From an uncultured Acidobacteriota bacterium (lineage in GTDB: Bacteria > Acidobacteriota > Vicinamibacteria > Vicinamibacterales > UBA2999): DNA of 64,000 nucleotides. Each line of letters starts with the position of its first letter. Within the stretch, counting starts at the first letter, position 1. The notes beneath the pieces are model-generated. The model saw only the letters and a list, made by a program, of their open reading frames with translations. It was not told the DNA's origin and did no database searches. This document shows positions 39,139 to 49,867 of the stretch, piece after piece. The DNA is taken from the NCBI GenBank assembly GCA_963707795.1, contig OY970174.1, positions 2,208,432-2,272,431 of the forward strand. Reading direction: 5' to 3'. Position numbers and translations under genes: made by a program.

Positions 39139-42100
39139 CACCGCACGCGAGAGGCGTCATCGGACCGGCCGTCGCGACCCGGTCGCACGCCATCGTGGCG
39201 GCGACGCTGCTGCCCTTCGTGGCCGCCACGATCCTGCTCGTGCCGGCAATCGCCGCCGCGCAGGAGCCTGCGACGGAGGTCACGCCGGCCTTCTCGCTGT
39301 CGAGCAGCGAGATCTTCACCACGCGCGATCCGGCGTCGTTCAACCTGACGTTCCGCCGCGTCACGCAGCTGGATTTTCGCGTGTACCGCGTGCGCGACCC
39401 GTTCCAGTTCTTCGCCGGCCTGCGCGACCCGCACCAGCTGGGCAGCGAGGAGCAGCCGGTTCCGCTCGAGCGGAGCTGGATCGAGCGGCTGGCGGAGTGG
39501 AAGACGACGCGCCGGCGCGAGATCCGCGGGTTCTTCCGCGGCCAGGTGAGCGCCGGCTATCGCGTGCAGCGCCGGGCGGCGCAGGACCGCCAGCAGATTG
39601 CCCGCCGCGTCGTGCTCGACGCGGCGTCGTTCGCGCAGGTGCCGCTCATCAACCCCGATCAGCTGGTCGTCGCGTGGCGCGAGATGCTGCCCGATCATCG
39701 CGATGCGGAGTACCGCCGCGTGCCGCTCGAGATCGACCAGCCCGGCGTCTACCTGGTCGAGGCCGTGTCCCACCTCCTCCGCGCCTACACCATCGTCATC
39801 GTCTCCGACCTCGGCCTGGTCACCAAGGTGGCGCCCGGGCAGATGCTGCTGTTCGCCGCGGATCGGTTCAGCGGCGAGCCGACGTCCGGCTGCGACGTGC
39901 AGGTGCTCGCCAACCAGCAGCCGATCGGCAGCGGCCGGACGGATGCGGACGGCGTCCTCGCGCTCGCCCTGCCCGAGGTCAAGGCCGACGCGATCGTCGG
40001 CGTCGCCCGGTGCGGCGACCAGGTGGCGGCGACCGACCCGGGCGGCTGGTTCGCCAGCATGCCGGTGCGCGAGCTGGCCGGCTACGTGTACACCGACAAG
40101 CCGGTCTATCGTCCCGGGCACACCGTCCACCTCAAGGCGATCGTGCGCTGGCGCGAGCGCGACGCGCTCGTGCCCTTCGACCGGCCCGAGGTCGAGGTCC
40201 GGGTCAGCGACACGCAGGACAAGGTCGTGTTCCGGCGGACGATGGCGGTGGACGGGTTCGGCGCCGTGGCCGCGTCGTTTCCGGTGCCCGCGTCGGCGGC
40301 GCTCGGGGCCTACAGCGTCCGCGTCGCGACGGGCGAGTACGAGGCGCAAGGCGCCTTCGAGGTGCAGGAATACCGGCGACCCGAGTTCGAGGTGATGCTG
40401 ACCCCGTCGAGCCGATTCGTCGTGCAGGGAGACGAGGCGGTGGCGTCGGTGCAGGCGCGGTACTACTTCGGCCAGCCGGTGGCACACGCGCGCGTCCGCT
40501 ACGTCGTGAACCAGCAGGCGTACTTCTCGCCATTCCGCTGGAATGACGAGGCCGAGGGCGACGCAGGCGGCGGGTTCTGGTACGGCGGCGACCAGACGAT
40601 CGAGGGGGAGCTCAGGCTCGACGCCCAGGGACGCGGCGAGATCCGCGTGCCGTCGCCCGTGGACGAACACGGACGCGACGTGAGCCTGCGGATCGAAGCC
40701 CAGGTGACCGATGCCAGCAGCCGCGAGGTCAGCGGCAGCACCGTCGTGCATGCCACCTACGGCGGCTTCCTGCTCTCGACGCGCGTGGGCGGCTACATCT
40801 TTGGCCCCTCGCAGCCGGTGCCGGTCGCGGTGCGCGCGCTCGACTATGCCGGCAACCCGCAGCCGGGCGTCGCGATCACGTTCGTGCTCGAACAGCTGAC
40901 CTATCCGTCCGGCTCCTATGGCGACCCGGCCGCCGCGGCGGTGGGGCGCAGCAGCGCGACGACCGGTGCCGACGGGTCGGCGAGCGCGTCGGTCACGCTG
41001 CCGTCCACGCCGGGTGCGTATCGCGTGCGCACGATCGCCACGGCCGGTGACCGGGAGATCGGCGACACAGCGTGGCTCTGGGTTCCCGGTGCGCAGGACG
41101 CCGCGGCCGACGAGGGCGATCGCTACCTCGAGCTCATCGCCGACAAGCGTTCGTACGCGCCGGGCGACACCGCGCGACTGATCGTGCGCGGCGAGCCGGT
41201 GTCGGGGCCGATGCTGGCGACCAAGGAAGGCCAGCAGGTCTCGTGGCACCGCCTGCTCCGGCCGGCAGCGTCGGACGCGATCGAAGTGCCGATCGAGGCG
41301 GCGGATGTCGGCGACATCCAGGTGAACATCACCTTCATGCGCGAGGGCCGGCTGTACCGCGCGGAGCGGCGGCTATCGGTCCCCGCGACCGACCGGATGC
41401 TGCAGATCGCGCTCACGCCCGATCGGGCCACCGCCAAGCCGAGCGAGCCCGGCGTCTTCACCGTCCAGGTCACCGACGCGACCGGCGCGCCGGTCAGCGC
41501 CCAGGTGAGCCTCGGCGTCATCGACGAAGCGGTCTATGCCATCCGCGCCGACACCACGCCGGATCCGGTCCGCTTCTTCTACCGCCGCGAGTACAGCCGC
41601 GTCGGGACCAGCTTCTCGCGCGACTACTACTTCACCGGCTTCTCGGGCAGCGAGCGGCTGCAGCTCGCGGGACGCCGGCGGCGGCCGGCGACGCTGGCCG
41701 ACTTCAAGGGCGACGCGCCCATCCAGCCGCAGGTCCGCAAGGAGTTCCCCGACGCCATCTACTGGCTGAGCGACCTGGTGACCGATGCCGGGGGGCAGGC
41801 CAGGGTCTCGATCAAATATCCGGATGCGCTGACGACCTGGCGGCTGACCGCGCGCGCGGTGACCCGGGACACGCGCGCCGGCGTTGCCATCGCGCGCACG
41901 ACCACGACCAAAGATCTCATCGTCCGCGTCATCACCCCGCGGTTCCTGACCGAAGGCGACAGAATCGTGCTGCCCACGATCGCGCACAACTACCTGCCGG
42001 ACGCCAGGCAGACGCGTGTGTCGCTCACCACGAGCGGTCTGGACACCGATGCGGCCGGCGGCGCGGCGCTCGCCCCGACGAGCGGCATGCTGGCGAGCGG

Positions 42101-43863
42101 CGCCGAGCGGCGAGACGACTGGCGACTTCGCGCCAACACCGTCTGGTACGGCAACGATGACGGCGACGGCAAGCACCGACACGGACGTGGATGCGGTGGA
42201 GCTGTCCATTCCGGTGCTGCCGTACGGACTGCGGCGTGACGCGGGGACCAGCGGCGCGCTGGCCGGCGCCGGCGAACACACGACCGAGGTGACGATCCCG
42301 GCCTCGGCCAACCCGGCCTCGCGCGCCGTGACGGTGTCGCTGGCGCCCTCGCTGGCCGGGTCGCTCCTCGGCGCGCTCGACTTCCTCACCACCTACCCCT
42401 ACGGGTGCACCGAGCAGACGCTGTCGAGCTTCGTGCCGAACCTGATGGTGACGCGCGCGCTCGCGCAACTGAAACTGGCGCCCGCCGAACGGCTGTCGGT
42501 GCTCGACCGGCAGGTGCAGGAAGGGCTCCGGCGCCTCGGCGACCTGCAGCATGACGAGGGGGGATGGGGGTGGTGGAAGACCGACCAGGATCACCCGTTC
42601 ATGACCGCGTATGCGATCTACGGTCTGACCGAAGCCGCGCGGGCCGGCTACCCGGTCGACCAGCAGCGCGTGGAGAACGGCGCCCGCGCCCTGGCGGCGA
42701 TGTACGACCAGTTCCCGCGTGCCGAACCCGATCTCAAGGCGTACGTCGTGTACGTGCTGGCGCGCGCGCGGCCGGGCGACGATCACACCGCGAAGCGCAA
42801 CGATTTGTGGGAGGCGCGCAGCCGGATGTCCTCGTACGGCCGCGCGTTGCTCCTGCTCGTCCTCGATGACGCGAAGGACGCGCGCGGCGGTGAGCTGGCT
42901 CGCGCGCTGATCACGGAGGCGCAGACGCGCGGCGACCTCACCTGGTGGGCCTCGGATCGCGACCCGCTGCTGTTCGACTTCGCCGACACGTCGGTCGAGG
43001 CGACGGCGACGGCGCTGCATGCACTCGCGCGCCGCGACCCGGGGAACGCGCTGATCGATCGCGGCGTTCGCTGGCTGATGCTCAATCGCCGCGCCGGCTA
43101 CTGGGGATCCACCAAGCAGACGGCGATGGCACTGTACGGCCTGCTGGAGGTGCTGCAGGCGCGGCAGGAGACGCCGCAGGCCTTCTCCGTCGAGGTGCAC
43201 GTCAACGGCGTGCTGGCCGGCACCCATGCGTTCGCGGCCGATGCGTTCACGGCGGCGGACCCGATCGTCGTCTCCGCGGCCGGCCGCGACGGGGTGAACA
43301 GCGTGCGGCTGGTCAAGAGCGGCGGCGGCACCGTGTACTGGGCGGCGCGGGCCACGTATCACGACACGCAGGGCGCCCAGGCACGAAGCGGCAGCCGGGA
43401 GCTCGCCATCGCCCGCCGCTACGCGCGGCTCGTGCCCACACGCCTGCGCGAACGGATCGTGTATCGCGAGGAGGCGTTCGACGGACGCGTCAGCCCCGGC
43501 GACGTGCTCACCGTGCGCCTCACGGTGGCGGGCGCGAAGGACTGGCGCTATCTGATGATCGAAGATCCGCTGCCGGCAGGCGTCGAGGCCATCCAGGATA
43601 CGACCGCCTATCCGATGGAGCGCGACGACCGCTGGCGCTGGTGGTGGGGATCGCAGGTGGAATATCGCGACAACCGCACCGTGTTCTTCCAGGAGCGGTT
43701 CGACGAGGGGCGCTACGAGTTCGTCTATCTCGTGAAGGCGATCTCGTCCGGCGAGTTCCGCGCCATGCCGGCGCAGGTGGCGCCGATGTACGTGCCGGAC
43801 GTCGCGGCGTCCTCCGAGCCGCAGACGCTCACCGTGCTGCTGCCCGCTGCGGGGGGCCAGTGA
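39135..43863 (+). CDS. bacterial alpha-2-macroglobulin family protein with CTEQ thioester motif (apparent frameshift near 42140)
   Basis: Signal ...AATLLPFVAATILLVPAIAAAQE, then repeated MG-type beta domains. Joins as ...ERRDDWRLRAN | SGTATMTATASTDTDVDAVELSIPVLPYG.... Thioester YPYGCTEQTL (CTEQ at 42406-42417). ...HDEGGWGWW... The part of the track ORF upstream of 39135 is a GC artefact overlapping DUF1175. Confidence 0.85.
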
Positions 43864-44600
43864 CGCGCACGATGGTGACGCTCACCGCCTGGCTGGCGCT
43901 GGGCAGCGCGGCGCTGGCCGGGCTGTTCTGGCTGTTCCTCACCACCCCGGAATCGAACGCGCTGACCGTCGCGGCATCGGCGGTGCTGGCGGCAGCCATG
44001 CTCGTCGTGGCCGCCGTCACCGTCAACGCCGCGGTGCTCGTGGCGCGCGGGCGCGCGCTGGCGCCGGCGATCACGGCCGGGCTGCGCGGCCTGCCCTGGT
44101 TCATCGTCGCCGCCCTCCCCGCGCTCGTCGCCTGGCTGCTCGTCGCACAGGCCGATGGCTGGATCGATCGGCACAGCGGCGAGATCAGCGCGTGGTTCAT
44201 CGCGCGGTTCGGCTGGGCCGACGTCACGCCGCTCTTCCACGTGCAGCACTGGGTCAGCCGATGGATTCGCTGGGTGGCGGTGCCGCTGGCCGCGCTGGGC
44301 CTGCTTGCCGCGCTGCTGCACGCCGGCGCGCGATCACTCACCCGCGTTCAGTGGCTCCGGCACGCATGGCACTGGCGGCGGCTGGCGCTGGCGTCGCTCG
44401 TCGTGGCGCTGCTGTTCCTCGGCCCGTGGCAGCTCACGGCGTGGCGCCCGGCGCTGCCGGCGACCTGGATCGAGCCGGCGGTGGCCCTCGTCCGGCTCGG
44501 CGCGGTGGCGGTGCTGGCGCTCATCGGCAGCGCGCTGCTGGTCTCACTGGCCGTGCGCCCCATGGCGATCGACCGGGCTGGCGGCGCGCACGATGGCTGA
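43860..44600 (+). CDS. hypothetical polytopic membrane protein
   Basis: GTG overlaps the A2M TGA (GTGA at 43860-43863). There are 5-6 hydrophobic segments (LTAWLALGSAALAGLFWLFL, AVLAAAMLVVAAVTV, ...). Confidence 0.55.
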   Translation: MTRTMVTLTAWLALGSAALAGLFWLFLTTPESNALTVAASAVLAAAMLVVAAVTVNAAVLVARGRALAPAITAGLRGLPWFIVAALPALVAWLLVAQADGWIDRHSGEISAWFIARFGWADVTPLFHVQHWVSRWIRWVAVPLAALGLLAALLHAGARSLTRVQWLRHAWHWRRLALASLVVALLFLGPWQLTAWRPALPATWIEPAVALVRLGAVAVLALIGSALLVSLAVRPMAIDRAGGAHDG

Positions 44601-44603
44601 CAA

Positions 44604-46994
44604 TCAGCGCACGTCCTGCCACGCCTTGCCGCCGGCCACCGCGCGGCGGAAGCACGCCTCGGCGCGCGCGTAGGCGGTGCGGTGCGCGCCGGCCGACAGC
44701 GGCCGGAGGAACTCGGCATCGGCCGGGCAGGCCGTGCGGCCGGGCAACCCGGGCACGATCAGCGAGGCGCCGCCCACGCCGGCCTCGGCGAAGTACAACG
44801 CAGCGCCTTCGCGCACCCAGAGCGGCCGCTCGGCGAGCACGCTGTCCACCAGCGCGTGCGCCACTTCATGACGGATGGTGCGTTCGACCTGCCCCTGCTG
44901 CCGGAGCATCGTGATCGGGAGCAGGTCGATGGTCTGCCCCTCGGTCGCCCCCGAGACCCACCACGGCTGACCGGTGGATCGCCCGAACGCCTCAACGGTC
45001 GGATGCACGGTGACGCGGATCGTCGCCGGCACCGGCACCCCCGCGCGGGCGGCAATCCGGTCGCGCGCGGCCCGGATCAGGTTCGCCACGAACGCGCGCT
45101 CGCGCTCTTCCGACGCCGGCAATGCAACCAGCACGTCCGCCGGCCGCGGGTCGGCAGGCGGGCCGCCGGGCGGTTCAGGGCGCCCCGGGGCAGGCACCGG
45201 AACCGGCACCGGCGAGGCCGGAACGGCGGCGCCGGCAACGCGCGACGCGGCGCGATAGGCATCCACGCGCAAGCCGGGGAAGTAGAACGCCAGGATGTCG
45301 GCGGCAGCAGCGCCCGCGCGCGCGCGCTGGCCCGCGCCGATCACGCACAACCCGACGCCGTGGCCGAACCCACGCCCCGCGAACGCGTAGCCGGCACCCG
45401 TGCGGCGCACGTCGAAGGCCGTGCTCTTGATGCGCTGCCACCCGCTGGTCCGCCCGACCGCCATGCGAAAGTCGTGGCCGGAGATCTCCGCGGGCGTGAA
45501 CCCGTCGATGCGCAGCCGGACGACACGCGACGAGGCGTTGCGTTCGACGACGCGGAGGTCGCGCAGGCGATCGCCGCGGTGGCCGGCGGCGCGCAGGGCC
45601 CGTTCCAGCGCCTCGGCGCCAAGCTCGCTCGTCCACTTCGGCTCCTGGCCGCAGGCATCGTCGGGACGCGAGCGGGCCGCATAGTCGACGGCGCCCGGCC
45701 ACACGGCCGAGGCGAGTTCCGAGTGGCCGCCGCAGGATGCGGAATAGAAGACGCTCGCCGGCTGGCCGTCGTGCAGCAGCAGCCGCCCGGCCGTCGCGTT
45801 CGCCGCCCGCCGCGCCGCCGCGGTGGACGGGCGCATCACCTGGCAGTGCGTGGTGTCACAGAGGTCGTAGTTCTCGCGCCGGTGCCGGCGCAGGTTGGCG
45901 AGGGCGAAGGTGCGCGCCGTGACCGCGAGCGCCTGCTGTGCCGCGTCGCTGGCGGTCGGCTCGCCTTCGGCGGTGACGACGCGCGCGATGTAGTCCTCGA
46001 GATCGAGCTGCAGGATGCGGCCGTTCGCGGCGGTGCCGATCCGGATCGTCTGGGTCGCGGCCGGCGGCGTTGCGGGCGGCGGCGCTGCCGTTGCCGCAAA
46101 CGGTGCCGCTCGTGCGGCCGCCGTGCCCGGCGCCGCGCCTCTGGCCGCAAGCAGGTCGGCCGCAATCGCGGCCGCGTCGAGGCCCGCCGCGCCGGGCGCC
46201 ACGACCACGATGCCCCGCGTCGGCCGGGTCGCGGGCTCGAGCGCGACGACCAGGCCCATCCACGACCCACCCGGCATCGGCGCCGTGCCGGTCTTGGCGA
46301 ACGCCGCGACGCGGCGCGCGCCCAGCGCCCGCGCCGACCCGTAGTCGGCGGCGCCGCGCAGCCCCTCGCGCAGGATTCGGCGGGCGCCCTCGCCCACCGC
46401 CAGGGGCGCGGCCCCCTCGAATCCCGCGAGCCGGACGATCAGGTCGAGCATCGCGCGCGGCGTCATGCGCGGGCCGTCGAGGCCGACGAGCGCCGCCGCG
46501 AAGTTGGCCGCGGCCGCGACCGGCGGCAGCCCGAGCCGCGCGCGCACGCCGTTGATCACGGTCCGCGGCAGCCGCGGCGCCAGCGACACGAAGAAGCCGT
46601 TGCAGGAATGCGCCAGCGCCTCGGCGGGCGACAGGGGGCGCTTCAGGTCGGGATGGGCGCAGACGTAGCGGCGGCCCTCCACGGTCACCGCGCGCACGCA
46701 CACGTGCCTGGTGTCCGCGTCCACGACCTGGCTTTCGACGGCGGCCACCAGCGTCAGCGCCTTGATCACCGACCCCGGCAGGACCGGCGTGTCGAGGACG
46801 TCGCGGCGCTGCTCGACCTGCTCGGCGGGATGGGCGAGCGTTCGGATCAGGTAGGCGGCGCCCGGCTGCGCCCGCACGACCGTTGGCCCCAGCGCCCCGC
46901 CCGACAGGGCGATGATGCCGCCGAGCAGCAGCCAGACCGCGGCGCCCGTGGGACCGGTCACAGCTTCGTCTTGCAACCCGGGCGGCAACGGCAC
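44604..46994 (-). CDS. tri-domain cell-wall enzyme: PBP-type transpeptidase/beta-lactamase fold + SpoIID/LytB domain + MA-clan HExxH peptidase domain
   Basis: N-terminal SxxK (PGSVIKAL), SxN (HSCNGF), KTG (AKTGTA). Middle DYIARVVTAEGEP...ALAVTARTFAL...YDLCDTTHCQV...FYSASCGGHSE...GRGFGHGVGLCVIGA. C-terminal ...RTIRHEVAHALVD...WVREGAALYF. Confidence 0.75.
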   Translation of the reverse strand: MPLPPGLQDEAVTGPTGAAVWLLLGGIIALSGGALGPTVVRAQPGAAYLIRTLAHPAEQVEQRRDVLDTPVLPGSVIKALTLVAAVESQVVDADTRHVCVRAVTVEGRRYVCAHPDLKRPLSPAEALAHSCNGFFVSLAPRLPRTVINGVRARLGLPPVAAAANFAAALVGLDGPRMTPRAMLDLIVRLAGFEGAAPLAVGEGARRILREGLRGAADYGSARALGARRVAAFAKTGTAPMPGGSWMGLVVALEPATRPTRGIVVVAPGAAGLDAAAIAADLLAARGAAPGTAAARAAPFAATAAPPPATPPAATQTIRIGTAANGRILQLDLEDYIARVVTAEGEPTASDAAQQALAVTARTFALANLRRHRRENYDLCDTTHCQVMRPSTAAARRAANATAGRLLLHDGQPASVFYSASCGGHSELASAVWPGAVDYAARSRPDDACGQEPKWTSELGAEALERALRAAGHRGDRLRDLRVVERNASSRVVRLRIDGFTPAEISGHDFRMAVGRTSGWQRIKSTAFDVRRTGAGYAFAGRGFGHGVGLCVIGAGQRARAGAAAADILAFYFPGLRVDAYRAASRVAGAAVPASPVPVPVPAPGRPEPPGGPPADPRPADVLVALPASEERERAFVANLIRAARDRIAARAGVPVPATIRVTVHPTVEAFGRSTGQPWWVSGATEGQTIDLLPITMLRQQGQVERTIRHEVAHALVDSVLAERPLWVREGAALYFAEAGVGGASLIVPGLPGRTACPADAEFLRPLSAGAHRTAYARAEACFRRAVAGGKAWQDVR

Positions 46995-47374
46995 GGGATG
47001 GTCTTGTCGCCCTCGGTGTTGTAGTCGTAGGTCAGCTCTTCACCGGCGGCGATGTTCCGCGCGGCGCGGATCCAGATGATCTTGTCCACGACGTCCACCC
47101 AGCAATTCGGCTTGCACGAATGGTTGATGAAGCGCGCGACGTTGCCGCCCACGTTGGCGTCGCGGCTCCACGCGCGGTTGACGCGGAAGACCCAGATGCA
47201 GCCCTTGCGCAGGTAGCGATCTTCGCGGTTCTCGCTCTGCTTGTTGGAGATGAGCTCGCCGGCGTAGTCGATGATGCGCTTGTTCTTGTTGATCGGCTCG
47301 AGCGCGAACACGCCGAAGCCGTGCAGCTTCGATCGGCGGCGTCGAATTTTCGGAGCGATGACAGGACGACTCAT
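46958..47374 (-). CDS. SET-domain protein (lysine methyltransferase fold)
   Basis: Start at MSRPVI (47374). ...KLHGFGVFALEPINKNKRIIDYAGELIS...RFINHSCKPNC...IAAGEELTYDY...IPCRCRPGCKTKL (NHSCxPN, ELTYDY and post-SET Cys motifs). Confidence 0.85.
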   Translation of the reverse strand: MSRPVIAPKIRRRRSKLHGFGVFALEPINKNKRIIDYAGELISNKQSENREDRYLRKGCIWVFRVNRAWSRDANVGGNVARFINHSCKPNCWVDVVDKIIWIRAARNIAAGEELTYDYNTEGDKTIPCRCRPGCKTKL

Positions 47375-47482
47375 GCAGCGGGGGCAATTGTAACGCGATC
47401 GCCGTGCCGCGCCCGCGGCGCACGTCCCGCACACCGCGTCGTGATAGAGTCTCCGCCGGTAACGAACCGTGGAGGTGCCCCC

Positions 47483-48658
47483 GTGCGCGCTGTCTCGACC
47501 CTACTCGCACTCGCGCTGACGACGGCGTACACCGCGCCGGTCGCCGCACAGAACCGCCAGACGATTCCAGGTCCCATGCCGAACCTTCCCTTCAGCGCCG
47601 CGGTCCGCGCCGACGGCCTCGTCTACGTGGCCGGCTCGCTCTCCGCCGAGGGCGATATCCGTGCGCAGACCCGGAAGACGATCGAGGACATGAGCCAGGT
47701 GCTGCAGAAGGCCGGCTCCAGCCTGGCGCAGGTGGCGTCGGTGCACGTCTACCTCACCCGCGCCGACGATTTCGCGGCGATGAACGAGGTGTACCGTACC
47801 TTCTGGCCGAAAGACCCGCCGGTGCGCACGACGATCGTCGCCGACCTGGTCATCCCCGGCGCGCTGGTGGAGATCTCGATGGTCGCGGTACCGACGGGCG
47901 GCGAACGCGCCGTCATCCATCCCGCCGACTGGATCAAATCGCCCAACCCGTACAGCTACGGGATCAAGTCCGGCGACTGGCTGTTCCTCTCCGGCCTGGT
48001 CTCGCGCAACGGCAAGGACAACTCCGTGGTCGAAGGCGACCTGCCGACACAGACGCGGACCGTGCTCGACAACGCCGGTCAGATCCTCAAGGCCGCCGGC
48101 CTGTCGTTCGAGCACGTCGTCTCGTCCCGCGTGTTCATCACCGACGGGTCGAAGTTCCAGGAGATGAACAAGGTCTACCAGACCTATTTCCCCAAGGATC
48201 CGCCGGCGCGCGCCACCGTGGTCGCGCCCCTGATGGGCCCGCAGTACCAGGTCGAGATCACGCTGACCGCGTCGCGGCTGCCCAAAGAGGCGCTCACCAC
48301 GCCGATGGCCGACGGCACGCCGGGCAAGCCCAACCCGGTGCTGAGCAGCGCCATCAAGGTCGGCAACCGGCTCTACCTCTCCGGCCTGCTCGGCAACACC
48401 GCCACGAACAAGGGTGACACCGAGGCGCAGACTGTCGAGCTGCTGGCCCGGGTCGGCCGCACGCTCAAGGCCGCCGGGTTCGACTGGTCGCACGTCGTCG
48501 ACGGCATCGTCTACATCACCGACGTGAAGAACTTCGACGCCATGAACCGCGGCTACCGCACCGTCTTCAGCAAGGACTTCCCCGCCCGGGCCACGGTACG
48601 GACCGGACTGGTGGCTGCTGACGGGCTGGTCGAGATCATGTTCGTCGCGGCTCGCTGA
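47483..48658 (+). CDS. secreted protein with three tandem RidA/YjgF/RutC-family domains
   Basis: GTG at 47483 with GGAGGTG upstream. Signal VRAVSTLLALALTTAYTAPVAAQ. Three ~120-aa units each carry ..G..LY/VF.SG.......D...QT...L......L.AAG......V....Y/F.TD...F..MN..Y...F....PAR.T...... Confidence 0.8.
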   Translation: MRAVSTLLALALTTAYTAPVAAQNRQTIPGPMPNLPFSAAVRADGLVYVAGSLSAEGDIRAQTRKTIEDMSQVLQKAGSSLAQVASVHVYLTRADDFAAMNEVYRTFWPKDPPVRTTIVADLVIPGALVEISMVAVPTGGERAVIHPADWIKSPNPYSYGIKSGDWLFLSGLVSRNGKDNSVVEGDLPTQTRTVLDNAGQILKAAGLSFEHVVSSRVFITDGSKFQEMNKVYQTYFPKDPPARATVVAPLMGPQYQVEITLTASRLPKEALTTPMADGTPGKPNPVLSSAIKVGNRLYLSGLLGNTATNKGDTEAQTVELLARVGRTLKAAGFDWSHVVDGIVYITDVKNFDAMNRGYRTVFSKDFPARATVRTGLVAADGLVEIMFVAAR

Positions 48659-48727
48659 GGGCCGGACCCGGGGGGGACGGCAGCCCGCCGCGCAGAATGT
48701 CCGCGCGCTGATGCTACGCTATCAATC

Positions 48728-49741
48728 ATGGAAGGCGTGGTTCGCGCGTGGGGCAAGATTCTCACCGGGTATCGTCCGAACCTCTCGATCGAAATCACTC
48801 GGGAATGCCCGCTGCGCTGCCCGGGATGCTATGCCTACGGCGACGAGCACCTCGGCGGCGGCATCACGCTGCGTGACGTGCGCGACCTCAAGGGCCAGGC
48901 GCTGGTGGACGGCGTCCTCGGCCTGGTCGATCGGCACCGCCCGCTGCACCTCTCGCTCGTCGGCGGCGAACCGCTGGTCCGCTATCGCGAGCTGAACACG
49001 CTGCTGCCGATCCTCGCCAATCGCGGGGTCTACACCCAGGTCGTGACCAGCGCGGTGCGGCCGATTCCGCCGGAGTGGGCCAGCCTGCGGCGGCTGCAGA
49101 TCTGCGTGTCGATCGACGGGCTCCAGCCCGAGCACGACGCACGGCGCACGCCGGCGACCTACGACCGGATCCTCAAGCACATCGCCGGGCATCGCATCAC
49201 CGTGCACTGCACCGTCACGCGCCAGCAGGTGCAGCGGCCGGGCTACCTCGACGAGTTCGTGCGCTACTGGTCGGCCAACCCGGACACGCGGACGATCTGG
49301 ATCAGCCTCTACACGCCGCAAGTCGGCGAGCAGTCGGCGGAGTGCCTGACCGCCGACGATCGCCGCGCCGTGATCGCCACCCTGCACGCGATGCGCCACC
49401 GCTATCCGAAGCTGCAGATGCCGGGCGGGCTGATCGACGCGCTCGGCGAGCCGCCGGCCTCGCCCGACGAATGCATCTTCGCCCGGACGACCGAGTGCTA
49501 CTCCGCGGATTTCGTGCAGCGCATCACGCCGTGCCAGTTCGGCGGCACGCCCGACTGCTCGCAGTGCGGGTGCATGGCGTCGGCGGGCCTCGCCGCGGTG
49601 GGCCGGCATCGCCTGAGCGGGCTGGTGGCCATCGAGGGCATCTTCAACGCTTCGCTCGCCATCGGCACGCAGGTGCGGGCCGTGCGCGAGGCGATGACGC
49701 CGTCCCGGGGCCACGAGGCCGCCGGCACCCCGTCGGCGTAG
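48728..49741 (+). CDS. radical SAM protein with C-terminal Cys cluster
   Basis: SIEITRECPLRCPGCYAYG (CxxxCxxC). LSLVGGEPL. C-terminal ...CQFGGTPDCSQCGCMAS, distantly reminiscent of HpnH/DUF3463-type ends. Substrate unknown. Confidence 0.7.
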   Translation: MEGVVRAWGKILTGYRPNLSIEITRECPLRCPGCYAYGDEHLGGGITLRDVRDLKGQALVDGVLGLVDRHRPLHLSLVGGEPLVRYRELNTLLPILANRGVYTQVVTSAVRPIPPEWASLRRLQICVSIDGLQPEHDARRTPATYDRILKHIAGHRITVHCTVTRQQVQRPGYLDEFVRYWSANPDTRTIWISLYTPQVGEQSAECLTADDRRAVIATLHAMRHRYPKLQMPGGLIDALGEPPASPDECIFARTTECYSADFVQRITPCQFGGTPDCSQCGCMASAGLAAVGRHRLSGLVAIEGIFNASLAIGTQVRAVREAMTPSRGHEAAGTPSA

Positions 49742-49867
49742 TCATCGCCCCCCAGGACGCTCGTTCGTGGGACCGGCCGTGGGACCACCTCCGGCCTGGC
49801 CCTCGCCGCGGTCACCGCCATCGGCCCCACCGTCAACGCCGGCGCCCCGCTCGACGTCCAAGCGGCC

